Assembly (NCBI RefSeq): GCF_006345805.1
Contig: NW_021828059.1
Span: forward strand, 1 to 35,737
DNA: 35,737 bases
Direction: 5' to 3'
Source of the DNA: Octopus sinensis
Taxonomy: Eukaryota
The position numbers and the translations under genes were made by a program. Shown here piece by piece: positions 21,541 to 32,752 of the stretch. The notes beneath the pieces are model-generated. The model made no database searches. It had not been told where the DNA came from and saw nothing but the letters and a program-made list of their open reading frames with translations. Every line of letters begins with the position of its first letter. The stretch's first letter is position 1.

Positions 21541-21620
21541 GAATAAAATTAATACCAGATCCATCACTTCGTTACTTAATATAATTATATATACACAAAT
21601 ACATACAAATAAACAAACAG

Positions 21621-21711
<91 letters not shown>

Positions 21712-21789
21712 CTCTTTTTGTTCCACGTCTTCACGTTGTTGTTGTTTTTGTGCTTTCTTGTTTGGATTAACTATATATATATATATATG

Positions 21790-23510
21790 TAGGTGGGCTG
21801 GCCTGTGAAACCCATCGACAAAGCAATTTTCTAGACATCTTACTGAAACCCTTGCTGAAATACATCAAATTTTTCATTAGGGAAAAAACAATTAATGAAG
21901 AGGCAATATTGGTTTCCCTCGATGTTATCAATCTTTACACCAACATCTCCCATGACTTTGGAAAAAAGCAATTAAATTCTGGTTGGAAAAGTACTCCCGG
22001 AATGCATAAGCTAGATGTTTATAATGAAATCCTGAACATTTATACTTCAGAACAATTATTTCCTATTTGATGACACATACTATCATCAGAAATGCGGAAG
22101 TGCGATGGGGACGAAAGCAGCTCCGGTTCTTGCGAACCTAATAATGGGTTATTTTGAATTCACCTTATATGAAGAATCACTTCAGAAATATTGTTAACCA
22201 TTTTACCTCTACATAAGAGAAAATTGGAAGAGATACCAAGATGACTGCTTTATCATCTGGAGGGAGAACATCGACAAACTCTTGGATTTCAAATCAACAC
22301 TAAATGACATCAATAGTAACATTCAATTCACAATGGAATATAACAAAGAATATCTCCCATTTTTAGACATCATGATAAAAAAGTTAACAATGAAATCATA
22401 ACTGACATTTATTATAAACCAACTGATTCAAAACAATATCTTCTGAATTAGACACGAAAACACTAAGAACAAGAAAACATAACACCACAACTCAACTCAA
22501 AACATTACTATTTATATCAACACACAACCACAGAAACAGTAAAGCATTCAACACTATTTGCAAATTCTTCCTTTGCTTAATAGAGATCCAAAAATGAACG
22601 ACATCCTGAAAACAGAAACTCATCAAATGCAAACAGCAAGACAAATCGCTAAAGAGACTACTAACAAATGCAAAGCTTTACACAACAACCACGAAACCAC
22701 CGGTTGAAAAATGTGGACGCCCAAACTGTGGAAACTGCCCCAACCTGCTTCAAGGCTCGGATTTCCTTTTCAAACAAGGAGAGAGGTTCAAAATTAAAAC
22801 TAGTTTCACTTGTGCCTCTGAGAACCTAATTTATTTAATAACATGCTCGGTTTGCGGACACCACTATAGTGGACAAACGAGTATGACCTTGAGAAAGAGA
22901 ACCACTCAACATAAAAATCAAATCCGTTTCCCCGAATACTGACAAATTCCTCTCAGTGAACATATAGAAAAATGTGCAGGTAACATTAAACCAAATTTCA
23001 CAGTCTTACCTTGTAACCAGTGCAAAGACGCAATCTCTCAACTAGAGCGTTTAAATAACGAAACTTTTTTCATTGAAAAATACAAAACACATCTTAATAT
23101 TCATGCATAACCAACTTTTATCTTTTTACATATTTCAATTAATGATAACATTACAGTACATAAATCCCCTACTAAACAAGGTTTTGAAACTTGTTTTTGT
23201 CTGTACACATATATAATCCCCACCTATTACCTAAAGCTGAACTGTTATCTCCCTTACCTACAACAATAACAATAATAAAGGCAACCAATTACCGCCCTTT
23301 ATTTACCTACTTGTGAAGTCATTCTCTCGTGAATTTCTTCACACACAATATGGACAAAATTTCTTCTTAAAAAAATATATATTCAAATAAGTAAAACATA
23401 ATATCATGAATAGCGATATCGAAACCGGTCGATATATTAAAAATTATAATAAAACTTTGTAAGTGTTCGTATATTCCTTTTTTAATTTCTTATATACATT
23501 ACAACTCACA
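21790..23510 (+). mobile_element. Second PLE (Neptune-like), RT + GIY-YIG, internally deleted
   Basis: SLDVINLYTNI, GSAMGTKAAPVLANLIMGYFE, WKRYQDDCFIIW, LPFLDI, TDIYYKPTDSKQY, then KCGRPNCxxCP and NLIYLITCSVCGHHYSGQT. An AT-rich pseudo-LTR with GAAACCGGTC lies near 23431. Confidence 0.9.
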
Positions 23511-23564
23511 ACGTGGGGATAATCGAAATTCCTCTTTGCTGTTAATACTACTATATAGATATTT

Positions 23565-23648
23565 CTCTCTATACATAAAACTGAGAATGTGTGTCTGTCT
23601 ATGTGTTTCCCTAAACTTGAGAACTACACAACCAATTTCATTCAAACA
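23565..23648 (+). mobile_element. Non-autonomous Helitron-like 5' end fragment
   Basis: TCTATACATAAAACTGAGAATGTGTGTCTGTC...AACTACACAACCAATTTCATTCAAA resembles the TCTATATATAAAA-(GT)n-AACCGATTT pattern of HelitronN 5' ends (from recall only). Confidence 0.45.
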
Positions 23649-23677
23649 TGGGGATAATCGAAATATTTATTTTCTGT

Positions 23678-23739
<62 letters not shown>

Positions 23740-23760
23740 ATTCTAATACTACTACTAACC
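23678..23760. repeat. (CTA)n microsatellite
   Basis: Direct reading of the sequence. Confidence 0.95.
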
Positions 23761-23928
23761 CATTTATATAGGTTATGCGAGGTAATGGTGTCAAGGAGAC
23801 CCAAATGTGTCAGGTAATGATGAGTAAGTGCTATGGACAGACTATAGTTAAGCTCCAGGTTCGGTGATTATGCAAATGAGGAGTCAAACGTAGGTCATAT
23901 ATTAACATGCATATATATAAAATTAACA

Positions 23929-24195
23929 GAATGAAATTAAGATCCAAGACTGTGGAAGATTTCAGGACATTTCTAGAGAGAATACTTTACAGCTGTTTCC
24001 GGGATATTTATGTATCTCTTCATCGGAGACGGTGCGAGAAAATGATTAAGCAATAGATATTCTAGAATAACTATTGGTTAACCATTCTCTCACACCGTCA
24101 TCGATGAAAGAATATATAAATATCCATGGAACCGCTAAAAGACCTCTCTATAAATGCTCTGAAATCTTTCACAGCATTGGACTTTTATTTCATTC
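23929..24195. repeat. About 267-bp imperfect palindrome (hairpin MITE-like)
   Basis: Centred on ATTCTAGAAT (24059-24068). The arms align at roughly 75-80% identity by eye and the palindrome is flanked by (TA)n. Confidence 0.85.
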
Positions 24196-24485
24196 AGATA
24201 TATATATATATATATATATACATACATACCAATACATATATATATATATATATATAATATATATGTACGTATAAGTGCAAATGTATGTGGCTATCTATGA
24301 TTGTTTACGAATTTCATTTTCAAATTTCTCAATCTCGAATTATAGGTTGTCCATAAAAAGTGGACCTGGATTCCGTAAAGCAATTTTTCTTTATGAAATA
24401 GACATTTTCTAGTTTATCGGCCAGAGAAACAATAGAATTACCCGATCAACGACAAGTATTACTGCTAGTATATATATATATATAT

Positions 24486-25322
24486 AATTTCACGGACAAA
24501 CTCTATAGCGCGCCGACGGTTGGATGCACACGATTGAATGCACGGTGACAGCGAGCAGTGACCTTCATGGAGTAGTATGCTGAGTAACATCGATGTGTAT
24601 ACTTCACACGATGTGGAATTTGTATTTTCGTGATGACGTGTATGAATAGGACGTGTATGGAAGAATGAACCAACAAGAAATTTTACGTAAAAATTGGGAG
24701 GTCTGCTATAGAGAGATGGAGCATGCTTCGGCAAGCTTCTAGCGATGAGACAATGGGTCGTACATAATGTTTCAAGTTCACAGGTGTACGAGAGAATGAC
24801 AACTTAATCAAGAGCATTTTCAATATTTTTTCTACATCGTTGGTATTGTGCATTGAGAATTCGACCCCCAAGTCCAAAAGAGGGATCAAAAGCGATATTT
24901 TAGGGCTTTTCAAGGATGCCATTCGAGAAAACTGACTGGATTTGTGGTACGCGAATTATTGGATTTTTCACAACGACAATGCACTCTGTCACCACACTCG
25001 TGGGTTTCGTGCCAAAAGCAACATGCTGTCGCTTCCGTGAATGTCCTTTTTGCTAGATTCAGCACCTGGTCACTTCCATCTCTTCCCCAAGATGAAAATA
25101 CGGTTCAAAGATCGAGATCAATTGGAAATTTAACACCGTTGTTGAGATCAAGACGTCTTCAAGAGGCCGGATACCAAAAGTGTCAAGAAAGCTGGATCGG
25201 GTGTATTCGAAAAGCTTTGCGGTGTATTCCTGCACAAGGTGACTTTACCGAAGGAGATGAAGTTAATATAAGTTAGTGTTATTAATATAACTCATCCAGG
25301 AACATTACGATGCCACTTTGTA
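24486..25322 (+). mobile_element. mariner deletion derivative (copy 2)
   Basis: N-terminal KFYVKIGRSA..SMLRQASSDETMGRT*CF is joined directly to FFYIVGIVH*EF..WIFHNDNA and then FPKMK. It ends ...GCCACTTTG|TA. Confidence 0.85.
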
Positions 25323-25325
25323 TGT

Positions 25326-25458
25326 ATACGATGGGTTTCTTTTAGTTACCTTGAACAAATATACACGAGTTTGTTGTGCTGTAAGCCAGAGTACACGCAG
25401 TGGGACTGAATACAGTAGAAAATATTATATCACATTCATGCCAACGCCTAATCGTATG
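25326..25458 (-). mobile_element. Diverged SINE 5' half
   Basis: ATACGATGGGTTTC...CACGCAGTGGGACTGAA. Confidence 0.6.
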
Positions 25459-25476
25459 TACATATATATATATATA

Positions 25477-26122
25477 CAGGTTGCAACACGAAATTGCCTC
25501 CATTACCTGTTTAATTTCGCGCATGCGCATTCTTTGTTTTTGACTTTTGTCGACCACTCAGTATAGTATGATCAGTTGGGTACCGTCTGTGAGAAAAACA
25601 GCACCATGGCGTAATTCACTCTGCCAGAAAATTTGGAAATGACATGCTGTACTGCTTGGCATCCGTGCCGAAAGATCTAATATGAACATTTCAGAGTGTT
25701 TGGGTGTCAGTCTGAGGAATGTGCAATCCAAGGACATGTACTCCGACTGATAAAAATCAAACATCAAGTCAACATTATGGTGTTTGGAGTGATCACTGGT
25801 GATGGTGACATTATGCATTCATTCACGGATTAGACTCAATATGGAGGGCTACATCAAGTGCCTGGAGAAGGTAGTGCATCCCTGGAGCAAAGGGATAGCT
25901 GATGGAAGATCCTATCTCTGGCAGCAAGACTCTGTACCATGCCATACCAACAGGAGATCCCAGCCATGGCTGTCAGACAAAATTCGCGACCACATCACCT
26001 CTAAAATCACGCCATATAACTCCCTAGACTGGAACCCCCTTGATTATTATGCGTGGGGCGCAGTCGACTGAGAGGTCAGCAAAACCCCTTGTAGCATCAA
26101 AGATAAACTGAATGCAAGGATT
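25477..26122 (+). mobile_element. Tc1/mariner DD37D (maT) element, deleted and truncated
   Basis: Starts TA|CAGGTTGCAACACG. ORF 25799-26071 has WQQD and NPLD separated by 37 residues (counted), plus a MVFGVIT motif. Confidence 0.85.
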
Positions 26123-26136
26123 ATATATATATATAC

Positions 26137-26748
26137 CTGACTCGTGGCCGTGGTACGTAAAATACTCCAATGTGACCGTACGACAGGCACCCATGCCAAC
26201 CCCCTTTGCTTGTGAAGACATGTTGGGGCAAGCGAAATCGAAATAGAATTGAACCAGCCAGGATCCCTGGTCTGGTGGTACGTAAAAAGCACTATCCGAC
26301 TCGTGGCCGTGGCACGTAAAATACTCCAATGCGACCGTACGACAGGCACCCATGCCAACCCCCTTTGCTTGTGAAGACATGTTGGGGCAAGCGAAATCGA
26401 AATCGAATTGAACCAGCCAGGATCCCTGGTCTGGTGGTACGTAAAAGGCACTATCCGACTCGTGGCCGATGCCAGCACCGCTTCGACTGGCTTCCGTGAC
26501 GGTGGCACATAAAATACACCAATCTGACCGTGGCCGTTGCCAGCCTCGCCTGGCACCTGTGCAGGTGGCACGTAAAAAGCACCCACTACACTCACGGAGT
26601 GGTTGGCGTTAGGAAGGGCATCCAGCTGTAGAAACATTGCCAGATTAGACTGGAGCCTGGTGCAGCCTTCTGGCTTCCCAGAACCCCGGTCGAACCGTCC
26701 AACCCATGCTAGCATGGAGAACGGACGTTAAACGATGATGATGATGAT
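26137..26748 (+). mobile_element. RTE-tail-like retroelement (SINE or LINE 3' UTR) ending in (GAT)n
   Basis: GGTTGGCGTTAGGAAGGGCATCCAGC...CCAACCCATGCTAGCATGG..GGACGTTAAA(CGATGATGA) end. It carries an internal 159-bp tandem duplication. A sister copy lies at 30395-31177 on the minus strand. Confidence 0.8.
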
Positions 26749-27572
26749 ATGTACATACATACAGAAATGCATACACTATATATACACTATATAAATACGG
26801 GTGAATGTGGTTTTTATGTGTTTTTAGAGCTACGAGACTCTGAAACTTTGCGTCCTCGAGTAAAACGAATTTGACTTTTGAAATCCGATTTCCAAGGTAA
26901 ACATCGTCCATAAAATATAATGAATATCATAATCCTCCACGTGAAATAACCCAACTTTGAGATCTCAACCTCCCACTCTATATCTTTCACTACCCATGTA
27001 TCTTATATTAGCCATACTATTTGATGCTCTCTCTCTCTCTCTCATCTCTCTCTCTCGGCTCGCTCTCTCTCTCTCTCTCTCTCTGTGAATTAAAAACCAA
27101 TCATTGCTTTCATTTTGTTTAAAATCTCTCCAACTTCTACTTATGATACAGTGTTCACACACAACACTTAGCTTCCAAATCTTGTTTTCTGGGTAAAAAT
27201 GATAAAACTTCGAACCTCTGATGTGTTTTCTAAACTTTTTCTCGAATAAACGAATAGATTTCAAAATTTCCACATACTTTTCAAATTTCAAATTCTGTGA
27301 CACAATCGAAAAGTTCGCTCTCTAATTGCTTATTTCTTTTCATTCTCATAGTAAACCTTCTCACACATTATGAAAGTTTACCGCTCACACTAAGTGCATG
27401 TCGTGTTCCCAATGTGTGTCGTGTTCCTAATACATAATATAGGTGTGTCTGTGCGAGTGCCATTGTGTCTGCGTGTGTGGATGTAAGATGAGTGCGTATT
27501 TTTGTGGCGTTATTGTGTGTATACCTATGAGCATAAGAATTATATTCATATACTTAAATATATATATATATA

Positions 27573-29906
27573 AAACTTAGATAAAACTTAGATATGTTTC
27601 GACCAGAGATTGGTCCAGCCATGTCTAACTTAATAGCACCACCTGATAGGATTATTCGAATCCTGTTTAAGTCAAGTTTTGTTCAAGTAGTGAGTTCTTG
27701 TTGGGTGAGTTGTATCCAGTTTTGTTCAAGTAGTGAGTTCTTGTTGGGTGAGTTGTATCCAATTATGGGTGGCTTATCTGGTATTCTTTGAAGGAATCTA
27801 TCCAGACTCTGTTTGAAGTTGATGGGATCCTTTTCCTCTTTGATCTCCCTCGGGACAATGTTAAATAGGGCAGGGCCTGTTGAGGAAAAGAAATTATGTT
27901 GCAGTGTACATGTATGTTGTGATCTTGAATTTGGCAGGGGACGTATAGCCCGTGGTCCAAGTCTCGGATGGACCTTGAAGCTAATGTTTAGGTCGTTTGG
28001 GCAAAGTTGGCGGTATATTTTCCACATCGTACAAATGATGTACCGCTCACGGCGACGCTGGAGGGAGTAAAGTTTCAAGGCTTTAAGGCGATCCCAATAG
28101 TCCGAGCAGCATGCCTTCAATTTGTTTAGTGAGAGCCCTCTGGGGTGACTCAATTCTGGAGATGTTGTGTCTTGTGCGAGGAGACCACAGTGGGCAGCAG
28201 TATTCAAGGTGTGGCCGTACAAAGGATGAAAAAAGTGGTATGATGAACACTTGTTCTCTGGACCGGAAAGTCCTTAAGATCCAGGAACTCATCCTACGAG
28301 CTGTATCGACCTTCTTGTTGATGTGTGCACTCCAACTGAGATCGTCATCAACAATTACACACCAGGTCTCTGATATTGTTAGAGGCTGTGAGCGGTTCCC
28401 CTGAAGGAAGAGAGTATGGTTGTTTTAGTGAGGAGTTTCTTCCAAAATGCATCAGCTCAAATTTTCCCTCATTCAGTTGCATTTTGTTTCTGTCTGCCCA
28501 TTGACTCACAGCATATAGGTCAGACTGGAGTTGAGTTCGGTCTGCTTCTTCATTGACGATTTGCTGGAGCTTAGTGTCATCAGCGAATATTTTCACTTTG
28601 CAGTGATGTACGACACTGGAAAGGTCGTTTACATAATTATGAAGAGTAGCGGACCCAAAACAGTTCCCTGGGGAACACCGCTGGTGACTTTTGCTCGGTT
28701 TGAGTGGACTCCATCAACTACAACATGTTGTGTTCTATTCGCTAGGAAATACTGAATCCAGTGTAGAACTTTTCCACGGATTCCACATTTGCCAATTTTG
28801 AGAGTAGGATGTTATGGTCTACCCTGTCGAACGCTTTACTGAAGTCAAGGTATATGACGTCAGAGTTCGAACCTGTTCCCAAGGCTTTGAGTACATCTTC
28901 AATGTGGTGTAAGAGCTGTGTTAGACAGTCCCTGCCACAGCGAAGCCATGCTGATTTGAATTTAGGAGTTTGTGGGTCTCCAGGAAGCCAGCTATCCTTG
29001 ATCTTAACACTCTTCAAACACTTTAATGATGGGGAGGTGAGTGAGATTGGGCGATAGTTGACTGCGAGGGATCTGTTTCCCTGTTTGAAAACCGGGATGA
29101 CCGACTGGAATAGAACATTTTCGGTATATAACCTGCGTCTAACGAGTTTCCTCCAGAGGTTGGTCAGAGGGACTGCAAGTTGATCTACATTCCTTCAGAG
29201 ACTGGCGGGAAATCTATCAGGGCCTACAGCAGAGTAATGTTTGACCTCATTTATTGCTGCTACGATGTCGGTGGCAGTGAAGGTTATGTCTGCGATTTTG
29301 TGTTGGGAGTCAGCTTCGTTCGTTTCCCTCACATCACAATATCAGTGGGAACACTGAAGACAGAGCAATATTGTTTCTGCAGTATTTCTGCCATTTCTTT
29401 AGCATCGTGTTGGGGAATGCCGTTTCATCAATCAATGGCCCAATAGGTGAGACAAGTGGTTCTATGCTTATTTGCATAAGAATAGAACACTTTTGGGTTC
29501 TGTTTGATGTTTTTGATTACCCATTGTTCCTCCACAGCTCTTTGATTTTCAATGGAGGTTTTCATGTTAGTCTGCAGATGAAGTTTTTCCAGCTCTAGTC
29601 TTTTCATTGTTGTTGAATGTGGATGTTGCGTGTGGGAATATTTTAATTGGTTGATTTTTTTGTTGAGTCTTTTGATGCGCCTGATGAGTGTTTTTTTCTT
29701 TTTAGGGAGCCGGTTTCTGTTTTGTTAGTAGATTTCTTGGGAGCGTGTTTAGAGCATGTGTCGGTGACAAGGTTTCAAAGTGCTGCCACGCTGTCTCAAT
29801 ATGAGGGGAATTGAGAGTAAAAGACCAGTCGATGGAAGACAGATCCTTTCTGATTGTTCCCCAGTCCGCTTTGTGGAAATTTATGTTGTCAAATGGGTGC
29901 CATGGA

Positions 29907-29907
<1 letters not shown>
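27573..29907 (-). mobile_element. CR1-group LINE, 5'-truncated, RT present
   Basis: NINFHKADWG..IDW, NYRPISLTS, DVIYLDFSKAFDRVDH, SGVPQGTVLGP, IFADDTKL, RPHLEYCCPLWSP and YSLQRRRERY. The 3' end has GGTGGTGC..CATGGC..GAAACA and an (CTAAGTTTTAT)2 tail. Confidence 0.93.
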
Positions 29908-29948
<41 letters not shown>

Positions 29949-29996
29949 TATATAATATATATATATTATATTAGATATATATATTAGATATGTATA

Positions 29997-30046
<50 letters not shown>

Positions 30047-30101
30047 AATTAAGAGTTTAATATAAACGTCTTCATTTATGTTGTAAATTTATTTATGCTA
30101 T

Positions 30102-30215
30102 TTAGACCTGAAGAGTAGCTATGTATCATTGGATCGAAGAAATATTAATTTTTCAGATAATCAATTTTGATAATGTCGATATTACTATATCGTCACGAAA
30201 TGCGCCTCGTCGATT
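30102..30215 (+). ncRNA. Degenerate hammerhead-like motif
   Basis: GAC CTGAAGA GT...AC GAAAT GCGC CTC GTC. The core halves are present, but stems II and III are partly broken. Confidence 0.35.
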
Positions 30216-30335
30216 TTATGTGCATTATTTATTATAGTATGATTTAGCATATAATTAATTATATATTCCTATTTATATTTTATTATAGATAATATCTTTC
30301 ATTCTTGATTGAATTACTTTATGGAGGTCTGTCTC

Positions 30336-30389
<54 letters not shown>

Positions 30390-30394
30390 TATAT

Positions 30395-31177
30395 CATCAT
30401 CATCATCATCATCATCACATTTAGCGTCCGTTTTCCATGCTAGCATGGGTTGGACGGTTCAACTGGGGTCTGGGGAGCCCGAAGGCTGCACAGGCCAGTC
30501 AGATCTGGCAGTGTTTCTACAGCTGGATCCCTTCCTAACGCCAACCACTCCGAGAGTGTAGTGGGTGATTTTATGTGCCACCGACACAGGTGCCAGACGA
30601 GGCTGCGAACGGCCACGCTCGGATGGTGTTTTTATGTGCCACCGACACAGGTGCCAGACGAGGCTGGCAGACGGCCACGCTCGGATGGTGTTTTTATGTG
30701 CCACCGACACAGGTGCCAGACGAGGCTGGCGAACGGCCACGCTGGATGGTGTTTTTATGTGCCACCGACACAGGTGCCAGACGAGGCTGGCAGACGGCCA
30801 CGCTCGGATGGTGTTTTTATGTGCCACCGACACAGGTGCCAGACGAGGCTGGCGGACGGCCACGATCGGATGGTGTTTGTTACGTCCCCAAAGCACGGAG
30901 GCCAGTCTATGCGGTACTGGCTACGGCCCGTTCGGATGATTTTCTTGTGTGCCACCGGCACTGGTACCACAAAGATGCAAATTCCATTTATGTTCATCTA
31001 TTTTGATTTGTTTTGATTTGATTTGATTTTCACTTGCCTCAACAGGTCTTCACAAGTGTCACAAGAAGGAAGGTATGCACAGGTGGACTGACTACGTCCC
31101 AGGTAGGGGCCACGGGTTATGGCCTGACTAGTCTTGCCGGTCTTCGGATGGTGTTTTTATGTGCCACCGACACAGAT
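30395..31177 (-). mobile_element. RTE-tail-like retroelement with an internal 61/62-bp minisatellite
   Basis: (CAT)n tail followed by the reverse complement of the 26600-26740 end. Five tandem units start at 30571, 30632, 30694, 30755 and 30817. Confidence 0.8.
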
Positions 31178-31206
31178 GCATACATATATGTGTGTGTGTA
31201 AACACA

Positions 31207-31264
<58 letters not shown>

Positions 31265-31411
31265 TTGAGTAGTTGAATGAATTATCTTATTAAGGATAAT
31301 TCGAAAGATAACCGATACCAGGGTAGCAAATTCACATCAGAAAGAACACGGTTGAAGCTACGTCCGTAGGGTATAGACTACGTGCTTTCGTGCTGAAGTT
31401 GTATGTTTATT

Positions 31412-31534
31412 TTAAAAATATATAAGTATATGGAAGAATGGAGTTGAACGACTGGTTAACAAGTATCCTTTATTCTCGACGTATGTTGAACCTGTCGTTC
31501 AACTCCATTCTTTCATATACTTATATATTTTTAA
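31412..31534. repeat. 41-bp inverted repeat with a 41-nt loop
   Basis: 31412-31452 pairs with 31494-31534, with one G-T mismatch. Confidence 0.92.
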
Positions 31535-31639
31535 TATATGTATATATATATATACATGCACACGTATATCCATGCATACCAGTATATATCATATATACAC
31601 ACTCACACACATACATATATATATAGTGAATATTATCTT

Positions 31640-32020
31640 CCAATTATTCAAGTCATTAATCTGCAACCATGCTGGCAACCCTCCTAGAAGGTATTTTATT
31701 CGAATATATTCTCCACAGTATTTAAGTTTTGAAAGTCTGTTACTTATTATATCGTTCTCTTTTGAGGAACTGTTAAGTTACGGGGACGGAATAGCTCCAG
31801 AGACTAATACAACCACAATGATTAAAGCTCACACACACACACATACACCCATGTATATATGTATATACATAAGACAGGCCTCTTTCAGTTTCTGACAACA
31901 AAATCTACTCCTGACACGAGTATATAGAATTGGACAATTGGTGAAGGCAGCACGTATTAACACTGACCCCTACTCCTTGTGGTTGCAAATCAAGCTTCTT
32001 ATCACGCAGACACGCCATTG
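31640..32020 (-). mobile_element. Old SINE copy (family of 1593-2044)
   Basis: CTGCAACCATGCTGG...TACTTATT..TAAGTTACGGGGACG...CTTTCAGTTTC are colinear with the younger copy. Confidence 0.6.
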
Positions 32021-32068
32021 ACTTTATAAACACATACACTTATATAGATATACACATAAATATATTTA

Positions 32069-32118
<50 letters not shown>

Positions 32119-32502
32119 ATACATATATATATATGTATTGTACGCTCAAGTGGTCACACCTGTTTTATCCTGCTTTAAACACCTACACATTGGAATTACT
32201 ACTTCCTGGACTTTCTGCACCTCTCCGATTCTACATATCAGCACTCTACCCGATTGGCCCTGAATATACTTATGGATTTCACGTGATTCATCTGTTAATG
32301 AAAAATCCCTCCAATACACTACAACTTTTAATCCTTTTTGAACTTCTGTTTATTTCCTCATTTTCTTTATTTTGAAGATCGTAAGCTCGAAACTTAAAGC
32401 CCTTTCTCACTTTTCGGAGTGTCAAACTAATACACACATTGTTCATATATCTCTGTTCGTCTTTTGTTTTTCTGTAAATTTCATCTTTGTTTATATATGT
32501 AT

Positions 32503-32509
32503 ATAGATA

Positions 32510-32585
<76 letters not shown>

Positions 32586-32613
32586 GTAGGTAGATAGATA
32601 GATAGATAGATAT

Positions 32614-32666
<53 letters not shown>

Positions 32667-32685
32667 AAGATAGGTAGATAGATAT

Positions 32686-32748
<63 letters not shown>

Positions 32749-32752
32749 GATA
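32503..32752. repeat. (GATA)n microsatellite
   Basis: Direct reading of the sequence. Confidence 0.99.

Noticed and set aside
23400-23445. Hammerhead at the end of the second PLE
   Set aside because: Only GAAACCGGTC and a 5-bp stem I remain. The core reads ATGAATA and there is no stem II, so it is counted as a relic and not a feature.
26047-26715. 222-aa minus ORF and the overlapping 124-188-aa ORFs at 30450-31016
   Set aside because: These arise from GC-rich tandem repeats in non-coding retroelement tails. The peptides are repetitive and open in several frames at once.
30571-30878. CRISPR-like array
   Set aside because: The units are contiguous near-identical repeats with no unique spacers, there are no cas genes, and the context is a eukaryotic retroelement.
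32150-32340. About 64-codon open frame on the minus strand
   Set aside because: No motif, no good splice sites, and the length is within chance.
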